A stretch of 16,186 nucleotides of DNA from Cyanobacteria bacterium J06626_4 (GTDB taxonomy: Bacteria; Cyanobacteriota; Cyanobacteriia; Phormidesmidales; Phormidesmidaceae). The stretch covers positions 1 through 16,186 of the forward strand of contig JBCBJQ010000125.1 of assembly GCA_038523235.1 (NCBI GenBank), in the 5' to 3' direction. Positions 1-7,927 of the stretch are shown here, one piece after another. Positions within the stretch are counted from its first letter, which is position 1. The number at the start of each line of letters is the position of its first letter. The notes under the pieces were generated by a model. It was not told where the DNA came from and made no database searches. It saw nothing but the letters and a program-made list of their open reading frames with translations. The position numbers were made by a program, and so were the translations under genes.

Positions 1-1
1 T

Positions 2-883
2 CAAGATCGGCGTTTCAGAATGTATGATTTCAATCCTCTGCTTGCCTATCCAATTATTAGGCCTTGCCAAAACAAGCAGTTTTATACTCCAGACAAGGAT
101 TTTATTCATGCGCCTGTACCTGAGTTAGTTGCTTCAAGGATTTCAACTGGAATCTTTTATCAGATGTATAATGCTTATGGCACTGAATTTTCTCAGTATT
201 TTGGTTTTATTTTTGAGTATTATGTCGGCCTTGTACTGAAAGAGTGCTTGTTGTCAGAACAGTTATTTTCTGAGTCTGATATAAGAGAATTCTATCCAAC
301 AGAAAAGGGGAAGTTACCAGACTGGGTTATAGTTGACGGCTCAACATTGCTTTTGTTTGAATGCAAAGCAACTCGTTTTTCTAGAGCTGCACAAGCAATA
401 GCTAGTGAAGATTCAGTCAACAATAGTCTGGCGCAAGTAAAAAAAGGACTGAAACAACTTGCCAGCTTTATATCTGATTGCAAAGCTAAAATTCCTGAAC
501 TTCAGAGATTTCATGGCTGTAGTGAATTCAGGCCAGCCCTTGTTTCACTTGAACCACTATTTCTGATCAATAATGATTTTTTTCGAGAGTATATCAATGA
601 TCTATTGGCTGCCGAAAAAGTAACTGGACTAGATTGGCAAATACTTTCAATCAATGAGATCGAAGCCCTGCAGCCTCATATTCTTGAGGGCTTTAGTTTG
701 ACTGCGGTTTTACATGAATTAAGAAACAAGTCATTCAATGATGTTCTTGAGAATTTAGTTTCTCAGACAGGTAGAAGCTTTGAAAATTCTTTTTTGTTTG
801 AAAAACAAGAAGAGCTTTATCGTCGTCTCAACTTACCTAAAAGAAGTCATCTAAAAGGTAAAAGGAGCGATGATCATAATTAA
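2..883 (+). CDS. Hypothetical protein, probably 5'-truncated, with a PD-(D/E)xK (NERD-like) nuclease-type motif
   Basis: The frame is open from the window edge, with no stop before the ATG at 20. Motif LPDWVIVDGSTLLLFECKA fits PD...ExK. The gene is AT-rich relative to the FaRLiP genes and has no HIP1 site. Confidence 0.6.
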   Translation, partial: QDRRFRMYDFNPLLAYPIIRPCQNKQFYTPDKDFIHAPVPELVASRISTGIFYQMYNAYGTEFSQYFGFIFEYYVGLVLKECLLSEQLFSESDIREFYPTEKGKLPDWVIVDGSTLLLFECKATRFSRAAQAIASEDSVNNSLAQVKKGLKQLASFISDCKAKIPELQRFHGCSEFRPALVSLEPLFLINNDFFREYINDLLAAEKVTGLDWQILSINEIEALQPHILEGFSLTAVLHELRNKSFNDVLENLVSQTGRSFENSFLFEKQEELYRRLNLPKRSHLKGKRSDDHN

Positions 884-1035
884 CTGTGTAGGCAACCACA
901 TGACAACCCCAATGCACGCTGATCGCCAGGAGTTTTGAGCTGGAAGTCAATAAGTCTCTGTGGCAGATAATTGGGAAAGCTCCCTAACCAAACTATTTGC
1001 TCCTTCTGTTCCTAGATGATTTGTGAGAGCATCAA

Positions 1036-1233
1036 CTACTCTTCTTCAAACGCGGCTTCCAATTCGCTTCGAGCTTGTTTGACCTGCTCTAAAGCGGCTT
1101 CAAGCCCAAATTCATAGCCTAGCCAGTAGTCAGGCTCAACGCCTGAAATGCTGAGGTTTTCGCAATATTCTCTAGCCTGCATCGATAGATCAATGAGCGC
1201 TTTTTTCAAAGCTTGGAATAGTTCTTCATTCAT
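1036..1233 (-). CDS. Small acidic helical hypothetical protein (~65 aa)
   Basis: ORF MNEELFQALKKALID...AAFEEE from ATG 1233 (the ORF track uses TTG 1254). Composition is protein-like, but I recognise no family. Confidence 0.4.
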   Translation of the reverse strand: MNEELFQALKKALIDLSMQAREYCENLSISGVEPDYWLGYEFGLEAALEQVKQARSELEAAFEEE

Positions 1234-1333
1234 GATTTGTTGCTCTGGCCGCAACTACTCAACGGCAGCAGGCGGTTTTGGAGTTTGCCGGTAACGAGAG
1301 AATGCAGGGTTCAGGTATGTGCCAGTTGACCAA

Positions 1334-1353
1334 ATTCGGCCAGATTTAGGCCA
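1334..1353 (+). repeat. 20-bp direct repeat, copy 1 (ATTCGGCCAGATTTAGGCCA)
   Basis: Identical to 2039-2058. An upstream CAGTTG also matches in register (1323 vs 2028). Confidence 0.9.
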
Positions 1354-1759
1354 CGTCACAAAAGAGGCCATGTGATGACGACTCCCAAGAACGGAATCCG
1401 AGGCTCAAAGAAACGAATAAATTCATCAATGGGGTCGTCAGTGAAACCATCGACCTCAGCGAGTGCGAAGATCTCATCAAATTTGAACCGGGGCCGGTAT
1501 TTACGCCATCTCTTTAATGACGGCCCCGGGCGCTTGCGGTGAGGGGGGTGTATTTGTCTGGAAACCAACTTCTCTTTGTCGGCTATTCATATTGCGTCGC
1601 AGTCATCAAGCATTCCATGAACCGTGCTGATTTTTTGAGGTTTTACAGAGAGAGAGATGCAAACTGTAAATGAATGGCCTCCTTAATATCACTTTCAGGC
1701 TGTTCTCAGGTGTAGCTGCCAGTCAACTGACGTCTGTAAACCTCATCCCTTTGGAAAAC

Positions 1760-1990
1760 ATGATTGGTTATTTCACGATCGCAGCTCTGGTGTTTAGCTC
1801 TGTCTCTCATGACTTTATTAAGGACAAAGAGGCCCGCAAAGATGATCTGGGGGCATGGTTTTTTATCACATTTGCTGCCTTAATCTGGCCACTCACCTTA
1901 CCGAATATGGTTCGAACAGTCGTGGCTACGGGGCTCAATGCCCATCGTTCTCAAGAAAAACAATCGCTGCCAGAAGCCTCAAGAGCCTAA
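1760..1990 (+). CDS. Small membrane protein (~76 aa, two hydrophobic segments)
   Basis: MIGYFTIAALVF...DDLGAWFFITFAALIWPLTLP has two hydrophobic stretches and a W-x8-IWP pattern resembling small cyanobacterial hypothetical membrane proteins. ATG 1760 is preferred over 1670. Confidence 0.55.
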   Translation: MIGYFTIAALVFSSVSHDFIKDKEARKDDLGAWFFITFAALIWPLTLPNMVRTVVATGLNAHRSQEKQSLPEASRA

Positions 1991-2038
1991 TGCGGTTTCA
2001 GACAAATGTAGTTCCTCCCACTCATATCAGTTGGCTCT

Positions 2039-2058
2039 ATTCGGCCAGATTTAGGCCA
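2039..2058 (+). repeat. 20-bp direct repeat, copy 2 (ATTCGGCCAGATTTAGGCCA)
   Basis: Identical to 1334-1353. Confidence 0.9.
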
Positions 2059-2200
2059 TAACCCCAAACTTAAAAGTCTAGAACGACGATCTCCCGACCA
2101 ATGTCATCCAGACTTTCTGGCAAGTCGATGACTGGCATGATGGCCTGTCACGGCTGGAGCGATCGCACCTTTTGGGGTTTGAGCAGATCACCCAACCCAG

Positions 2201-2584
2201 TCATGGTCGTTGATTGGCCAGGGCCGTTGATATTTGATCAGAGAGCGTCATAGGGTCGTAGGGTTTCGCGATCACTGAGGAGACGTTGAGCTGGCTAAAT
2301 TGTCGCTGCTCGCTGGATTGGGCTTTTGCCGTCAAGATAATGACGGGAATTTTCCGCGTTTCCGAATTTTCCTGGAGCTTTTGCAAAATCGCGAGCCCGT
2401 CCATTTCTGGCATCATGATGTCTAACAAAATGGCATCAGGGGTGGCCGTTTTTGCGATCGCAATGCCCTCTGGCCCATTACTGGCCTTTAGCACCTCCCA
2501 CTGTCCCGTAATTTCCAGGCAAATCTGAGTCGCTTCTCGAATATCGGCTTCATCATCAATAATGAGAATCTGTTTGGAGGCCAT
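2201..2584 (-). CDS. rfpC: CheY-like single-domain response regulator RfpC
   Basis: REC motifs ILIIDDE, LLDIMMP (phosphoacceptor Asp), ILTAK and AKP. It follows rfpB-rfpA. ATG 2584 (MASKQILI) is preferred over the track's 2617. Confidence 0.9.
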   Translation of the reverse strand: MASKQILIIDDEADIREATQICLEITGQWEVLKASNGPEGIAIAKTATPDAILLDIMMPEMDGLAILQKLQENSETRKIPVIILTAKAQSSEQRQFSQLNVSSVIAKPYDPMTLSDQISTALANQRP

Positions 2585-2689
2585 AGGAAACTCTCTTGAT
2601 ATAAACGGTGGGCACAAGTCGTAAGCGGTGACGTTTGCAGTGCTGAAAAATCGATATCGCCCGGCCCGATCAGTCAGGCACCAATTGCT

Positions 2690-5341
2690 TTAAGGCTGGG
2701 TCTGCCGGTCGGGCTCAGCCGATAGCGGCAGCACCACAAAGAAAGTACTGCCCCCGTCGGCATTGTTCTCCGCCCAAATTTGTCCGTCATGCTGTTGCAC
2801 AATACTGCGGCAAATGGCCAATCCCAGCCCCGTGCCGCCCTGGTGACCGGTATTGGAAACGTTGAGCTGCTCAAATTGTTGAAAAATCACCTCCAACTTG
2901 TTCTCAGGAATGCCCTGCCCCTGATCTTTGACCTGCACTAACAGCACCGCAGGGACAGCAGTGTCTCGCGGCTCCATCAGCGCCTCTAGCCTTTGTGAGA
3001 GAGATTGGGTGGGATCTAACAACAGTTGTCCGGGGTGAATCGTTTCGGCAATGACGGTCACCGTTGACCCCGCCAGAGAAAATTTGATGGCGTTGCTCAG
3101 CAGATTGGTAAACGTTTGAATGAGGCGATCGGGGTCGGCCCAAAGCTTGACTGAGAGGGGGTTGACCGCCAGGTGAATGCGGTTTTTTTCGGCGATCGCG
3201 CGCATCTCATCTGCAGCCTGAGCCAGAATATCGGCCAGGTCACACATTTGCTTGCTGAGGGTGACCTTACCCAACTTGATCCGCTCTACATCCAGAATGT
3301 CGTTGACCAGACGCACCAAGCGATTCGTATTCGAAAACGCAATTTCTACCATTCGCTGACGTTTTTGCGAGTGAATGTCGAGGTTGGTGGCTGCCAGCAG
3401 CCCCAGAGCCGCGCGAATAGAGGTCAAGGGGGTGCGTAATTCATGGCTGACGACGGAGATGAATTCATCTTTCATCCGTTCGATCATTTGCCGCTCAGTA
3501 ATGTCTCTAAAGGTCACCACCCCGCCTAAAATCCGGTCGGCCTCTCGCAGCGGCGTGCTGACGTATTCGGTGGCAAAGCTCGAACCATCTTGCCGATGAA
3601 ACAAATCGCCCGAGACATAGTGGGTCTGCCCTGAATGCAGCGTGTCGTAAATGGGGCTGTCGGGCCACTCATAGGGGGTGCCATCGGGCCGCGCCTGGGC
3701 GATGAGAGGATGAATAAATTGACCAATCAGCTGTTGGGTGGGCTGCTCCAGCATTTTGGCGGCAGCAGGATTCACAAAAACAACCTGGCCCTGAGCATCC
3801 AGACCATAAATGCCGTCGCCTGCCGATCGCAAAATCAGGTCATTTTGATGACTTAACTGTTTGAGCGAGTCCTTCGCCTGCTGCAGCTCGGCCAGCGTGC
3901 GTTCTCGTTCGAGAATCTCTAGCCTTAAATCAGTATTGACGCACTCTAACTCGGCAGTCCGCTGGAAGACGCGCTTTTCCAGATCCGCATTCAGCCTTTG
4001 CACTTCTTGGTACAGCTGCGTCTGATAAATCACCGAAGCGAACTGATCGGCCAAGGCTTGCGCTAACTCTAGGTCTTGAGCCGTCCACGGATGCACCTGA
4101 TCGCGCTTGAGTTCACGCCAGGTCTCAAACGACTGCCGCGGGCGATTTTGCCGAGGGTCAGCCGTATTCAGCCGCCCGGCCCAAATATTTTCGATCGCGA
4201 TCGCCTGGCGAAACAGGCTGAGATAGCCTAACTGACGGTTTTGGTGACAGAGTTGCATCACCAAAAGCCCCCGCATATCGCGGCAGCGCAAGGCCGCGTC
4301 GAGGGTTGGGGGCAAATGTGCTTGATGCGTATCGGTAATCGCCCAGATTTGGGAGCCCGGCTGCGTCGGCATTTCGTGAGCGAGCCAGGTCTGCCAGTCC
4401 GGCAACTCTTCTAACACCGGCGGCTGAGTGCGCCGCTGGGCGCGACCATCCTCAGTATTGAGACTTGGTTGCGCCCCACTCAGGAGAATTTGCGGCGCTG
4501 CTTTCGCCCATTGGGGGGCGAGATAGAGCCGCCCACCGGTACTGCTGAGGGCCGTGACGGTTTGGTGTAGGGCCGTTTGCAGAGAGCTTTTGCTAAAGTC
4601 TTGCAGCTGCGAGGCCACACGGTTGAGGGTGGCTTCGCGGTGAGTCTTGAGGCGGCTTTGCGTCAGTAGAGTGGCGTGGGCGATCGCCCCGGTGACCTGA
4701 TCGGCAATCAGCTGCATCATCTCTAATTCTTGAGGGCTAAACCAGCGCGGCGTGCTGTGATGAGCGACGAGTAATCCCCAGAGGCGATGTTGATGCAGCA
4801 GGGGCACCACCAACGACGCCTGCACCCCCATGGCGGTGAGATATTCCACATGGCAAGGATCAACCGAGCGAAACCAAAGATTGTGATCGAGTGCTCTCTG
4901 GGTGCGGTAGTCCACCAGATGACTAATGCCAATTTCTTGTTTCGCGACATTGACAATCGTGCGCTGCCGAGCCGCCAAAAACATTTCGCGGGAGCGATCG
5001 GGAATATCCTCCGCCGGGAAGCGATGCCCGAGCAAGGACGGTAACTTGCGGGCACTCATCGCCTCCGCCACCACTTCACCGCTGTCATCGTCGTGAAAGC
5101 GATAGACCTTAACGCGATCGGTGGCCAAAAATCGCTGGGTTTCCGTCGCCGTTGAGGTCAGAATATCGGGCAGCTCAATCGAGCGACGAATGCGATCGGT
5201 AATGCGATGGAGGAGGCCTTCGAGGGTCGGGATGGAAGAGGAGGGAAACATGCGGGAGAGGCGGAGGTGGAGGGTGGAGAGAAATGGGTTGGTGGAGGGG
5301 CCAGGCATTCTCGAAGATTCGGATGCGTCGGGGCGAGGCAT
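2690..5341 (-). CDS. rfpA: Knotless phytochrome histidine kinase RfpA (GAF-PHY-PAS-HisKA-HATPase)
   Basis: GAF with FPAEDIP and the bilin-binding DPCH motif; PHY tongue PRQSF; no N-terminal PAS; H-box SHELRTPL, N-box NLLSNAIKF, G boxes DQGQGI and GTGLGL. The start is uncertain (in-frame ATGs at 5341, 5308, 5251). Confidence 0.92.
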   Translation of the reverse strand: MPRPDASESSRMPGPSTNPFLSTLHLRLSRMFPSSSIPTLEGLLHRITDRIRRSIELPDILTSTATETQRFLATDRVKVYRFHDDDSGEVVAEAMSARKLPSLLGHRFPAEDIPDRSREMFLAARQRTIVNVAKQEIGISHLVDYRTQRALDHNLWFRSVDPCHVEYLTAMGVQASLVVPLLHQHRLWGLLVAHHSTPRWFSPQELEMMQLIADQVTGAIAHATLLTQSRLKTHREATLNRVASQLQDFSKSSLQTALHQTVTALSSTGGRLYLAPQWAKAAPQILLSGAQPSLNTEDGRAQRRTQPPVLEELPDWQTWLAHEMPTQPGSQIWAITDTHQAHLPPTLDAALRCRDMRGLLVMQLCHQNRQLGYLSLFRQAIAIENIWAGRLNTADPRQNRPRQSFETWRELKRDQVHPWTAQDLELAQALADQFASVIYQTQLYQEVQRLNADLEKRVFQRTAELECVNTDLRLEILERERTLAELQQAKDSLKQLSHQNDLILRSAGDGIYGLDAQGQVVFVNPAAAKMLEQPTQQLIGQFIHPLIAQARPDGTPYEWPDSPIYDTLHSGQTHYVSGDLFHRQDGSSFATEYVSTPLREADRILGGVVTFRDITERQMIERMKDEFISVVSHELRTPLTSIRAALGLLAATNLDIHSQKRQRMVEIAFSNTNRLVRLVNDILDVERIKLGKVTLSKQMCDLADILAQAADEMRAIAEKNRIHLAVNPLSVKLWADPDRLIQTFTNLLSNAIKFSLAGSTVTVIAETIHPGQLLLDPTQSLSQRLEALMEPRDTAVPAVLLVQVKDQGQGIPENKLEVIFQQFEQLNVSNTGHQGGTGLGLAICRSIVQQHDGQIWAENNADGGSTFFVVLPLSAEPDRQTQP

Positions 5342-5400
5342 TCTCGCTCAAACGTATTGGTCAAACCTGATGAGTTATTTCGAGAATGCCTCGCCCTTAC
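5294..5400. repeat. Three copies of a 20-bp REP-like unit (consensus GTAGGGGCGAGGCATTCTCG); two form an inverted pair
   Basis: 5294-5313 (+) GGAGGGGCCAGGCATTCTCG; 5327-5346 (+) GTCGGGGCGAGGCATTCTCG; 5381-5400 (-) GTAAGGGCGAGGCATTCTCG. Perfect 16-bp inverted repeat 5331-5346 / 5381-5396. Confidence 0.8.
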
Positions 5401-5426
5401 CGGGGAGCCGAACGGCCTCGTTTGAG

Positions 5427-7361
5427 TCAGATGGGGATTTCGGCGATCGCGGTCATGGCTTGCTGCAGCTGCGATTGCTTGAGTTGTTCAAACAGGCGAT
5501 CGAGGAGGGTGGACTGGGTGAGCGATTTTTCGACTAGATCATTGGCACCGGCTCTGAGGGCGGCGGCTTTGGTATTAGCATCCCCGTGGGCCGTAAAGAA
5601 GATAATTGGCAACTGATTCCAAATCGGGGCCTGACGGACGGTGCGACAAAGTTCGAGGCCGTTAAATTTGGGCATCTCGATATCCAGCAGCAGCAGATCA
5701 GGGGCGGCAGCCTGCAGAGTCGCCCAAAAATCTAAGGGTTGGTTGAGGGTAATGAGCTGAAACCCCTGCGGTTCGAGGAAGGTTTGCAGTGTCTGTAAAA
5801 TCTGGGGATCGTCATCCACGATCATGACCTTATGGGCCGAGGCCGGAAAGCGCGATCGCACGCTGAACACACTCTTGAGCACAGCGGCAACATCTGGGTT
5901 AGGCAAGAAGGCCTGACTGCCTAATTGAGCCGCTTTGACCCGATTGGCCAGGCGGTCATCTCGACTGCACACCAGCACCAAAAGAGACGGCACCTGATTG
6001 ATCAACTGTGACAGCCGTCGCAAATCACCGCGATCGCTGTCGGTGAGAGAGAGATTCAACAAAATGACGTCGGGGCTGGCCGTCTCGGCAGTGGCCGCCG
6101 GTGGGCGATCGCCCGCTTGTCCGGCGGGATGCGCCCCCCTCAATGAGGGCCACAGATCCTGCAGGGCGGCTTCATCTAAGGCCGTTTGCACCTGTAAGTG
6201 CTGGCTGATGCCCTCAGACACTCCCGCAATCAGGGATAAATCATCATCCACAATCACCAGCAGCGGCGCCGCCCCTCCCGATTGCACCGGCTGAATCAAA
6301 CTCGAAGCCTGATGGAGTTCTTGATCTAGCGTCTTAATCAGCTGCGCCAGCTGTTTTTGGTCATGGGGAGGAATCGCGGCCTCCCCCTGCAGAATCAGTT
6401 CGATGGAACGCGCCAATTCTGACCCTGACCGCAGGCCAAAGATGCCGAGTGCTCCCGCCAGGCTATGGGCGGCTCGAGTTGCCCGGTACCGCAAATCGTC
6501 AGTTACCTGTCGGGTTTGTAGCGCCTGCAGCATTTCCCTGAGCAAAGCCAGCCGATCGAAATGCTGAGATTTGACCGATTGCCACAGGGTGGCCAGGGCC
6601 GCTTGGGTTTTCTGCTGACAAGTGGACGCGGGCGGCTGCCGCTCTGCTGCACTTGCCGAGGCTGCAGGGGCAGGCGGGTCAACTGAGCGGGCGGGCTTGA
6701 GGCGATAGCCAATCCCATAGACCGTTTTAATCAGGTCACTGGGCGCTCCCACATCGACAAGCTTACGGCGCAGCCCGCGAATATGAGCCGTGACGGTATC
6801 TTCGCCTGGCGCTTCGCTACAGCTCCAGAGTCGATCTAAAATGCCACCCCGCGTAAACACTTGGGACTGTTTGCGCAGAAACAACTCCAGCAGGCGAAAT
6901 TCTTTGGGGGTTAACTGAACTGGGCGATCGCCATAGGTAACTTCTTGACTATTGGGATCGAGCCGCAAATCTTCCCACTCTAAAACTGATAGCAGAGACG
7001 TCTGCGCCCGGCGCAGCAGCACTCGCACCCGCGCCAATAGCTCTGCTAGCTCAAAGGGTTTAGTGATGTAATCATCGGCCCCTGCATCCAGACCCGCAAT
7101 CTTTTGCGTACTCGAATCCAGCGCGGTCAGCAACAATACCGGCATGTGATAGGCGTGATCGCGCAATTTCTGACAAAACTGCAGACCATCGAGTTTCGGC
7201 AGCATCACATCCAGCATGATCAGGTCATAGTCAAAAGAATTGACCATCTGCCAGCCCGCCTGACCATCCCCCGCCACATCGACGGCATAATGCTCGCTCG
7301 CTAAGCTTTTCTCAAGCACGGCTGTGACCGAGTCATCATCCTCAACGAGTAGTATCCTCAT
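5427..7361 (-). CDS. rfpB: Multidomain response regulator / transcription activator RfpB (REC-OmpR wHTH-Hpt-REC-REC)
   Basis: N-terminal REC (LLVEDD, MLDVMLP), wHTH (LTPKEFRLL...TVYGIGYRL), Hpt (AAHSLAGALG), a degenerate middle REC and a C-terminal REC (LLLDIEMP). Located upstream of a knotless phytochrome in a FaRLiP cluster. Confidence 0.92.
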   Translation of the reverse strand: MRILLVEDDDSVTAVLEKSLASEHYAVDVAGDGQAGWQMVNSFDYDLIMLDVMLPKLDGLQFCQKLRDHAYHMPVLLLTALDSSTQKIAGLDAGADDYITKPFELAELLARVRVLLRRAQTSLLSVLEWEDLRLDPNSQEVTYGDRPVQLTPKEFRLLELFLRKQSQVFTRGGILDRLWSCSEAPGEDTVTAHIRGLRRKLVDVGAPSDLIKTVYGIGYRLKPARSVDPPAPAASASAAERQPPASTCQQKTQAALATLWQSVKSQHFDRLALLREMLQALQTRQVTDDLRYRATRAAHSLAGALGIFGLRSGSELARSIELILQGEAAIPPHDQKQLAQLIKTLDQELHQASSLIQPVQSGGAAPLLVIVDDDLSLIAGVSEGISQHLQVQTALDEAALQDLWPSLRGAHPAGQAGDRPPAATAETASPDVILLNLSLTDSDRGDLRRLSQLINQVPSLLVLVCSRDDRLANRVKAAQLGSQAFLPNPDVAAVLKSVFSVRSRFPASAHKVMIVDDDPQILQTLQTFLEPQGFQLITLNQPLDFWATLQAAAPDLLLLDIEMPKFNGLELCRTVRQAPIWNQLPIIFFTAHGDANTKAAALRAGANDLVEKSLTQSTLLDRLFEQLKQSQLQQAMTAIAEIPI

Positions 7362-7680
7362 GGGTCTTTAGCCTGCCCGAGATAAACATCGATAAAAAGC
7401 AGTTTTTGTTTTAAAAGCGACAAAAATCTATCTTATAAGAAAATATTATTTATGGTTTTATTTAATATTTTACCAAAATTAATTAAAGTTTATCTCTAGA
7501 GAGAAAAAGATTGACCTAGAGTCGGTTGGCAATCTACGCTAACCGGTCAGAAAAAAGTTGCGTACTGTCGTTTTTTGCTTTTTTGGGCACATATTTTTCT
7601 TCGGAGCATCTTCCCAAGAACTTCAGCTTTTTATGTTGTAATTTTCAACATAAAGCTACTAAGCTTTATGCTCATTGATT
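7362..7680 (-). promoter_or_regulatory. AT-rich upstream region, probable rfpBAC promoter
   Basis: Strongly AT-rich non-coding stretch (especially 7400-7500) between the psaJ2 palindrome and the rfpB start. No specific -10/-35 assigned. Confidence 0.45.
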
Positions 7681-7686
7681 GATTCC

Positions 7687-7724
7687 TCTTGCCAGAGTCT
7701 TTGATATCAAAGACTCTGGCAAGA
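7687..7724 (-). terminator. 38-bp perfect palindrome; probable terminator or 3' stabilising hairpin of the psa operon
   Basis: TCTTGCCAGAGTCTTTGATATCAAAGACTCTGGCAAGA is its own reverse complement and lies 36 nt after the psaJ2 stop. No clear U-tract. Confidence 0.6.
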
Positions 7725-7760
7725 ACTTCCTACCCTTTGCTCAAGCTTTGGCTTTTAGGG

Positions 7761-7892
7761 TTAGTGAAAATAGGTGCCATACTGCAGGCCCGGAAACAGG
7801 TGGTTAAGTTCAATCATGAAGACTGAGAGCACAATGAGGGCGATCGTCGCCATGATCGGTGCACTCGTCAAATATTTGGCAAAGTATTGCAT
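7761..7892 (-). CDS. psaJ2: Photosystem I subunit IX, far-red paralog PsaJ2 (43 aa; absent from the ORF track)
   Basis: Manual translation gives MQYFAKYLTSAPIMATIALIVLSVFMIELNHLFPGLQYGTYFH*, with PsaJ motifs KYLTSAP and IELNHLFP. A GGAGA SD lies upstream and the gene directly follows psaF. Confidence 0.93.
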   Translation of the reverse strand: MQYFAKYLTSAPIMATIALIVLSVFMIELNHLFPGLQYGTYFH

Positions 7893-7927
7893 GAGATTCT
7901 CCCGTAAGTGAATTGCCGTTGAAAGCT

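Noticed and set aside
1034..1260. 9-bp direct repeat CAACTACTC flanking the small acidic ORF, as a possible target-site duplication
   Set aside because: No terminal inverted repeats or transposase, and a 9-bp match can arise by chance.
1356..1568. 70-aa minus-strand ORF between the direct repeats
   Set aside because: Non-ATG start, no SD and no recognisable motif. It may be a gene remnant but cannot be supported.
1334..2058. CRISPR interpretation of the 20-bp repeats or the 5294-5400 repeats
   Set aside because: Only two or three copies, wrong spacing or mixed orientation, and no cas genes.
2059..2200. tRNA or tmRNA attachment site at the proposed island boundary
   Set aside because: No T-loop or cloverleaf is recognisable on either strand; only short inverted repeats.
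2286..7304. Overlapping short ORFs within rfpC, rfpA and rfpB
   Set aside because: They overlap well-supported genes and show no independent coding evidence.
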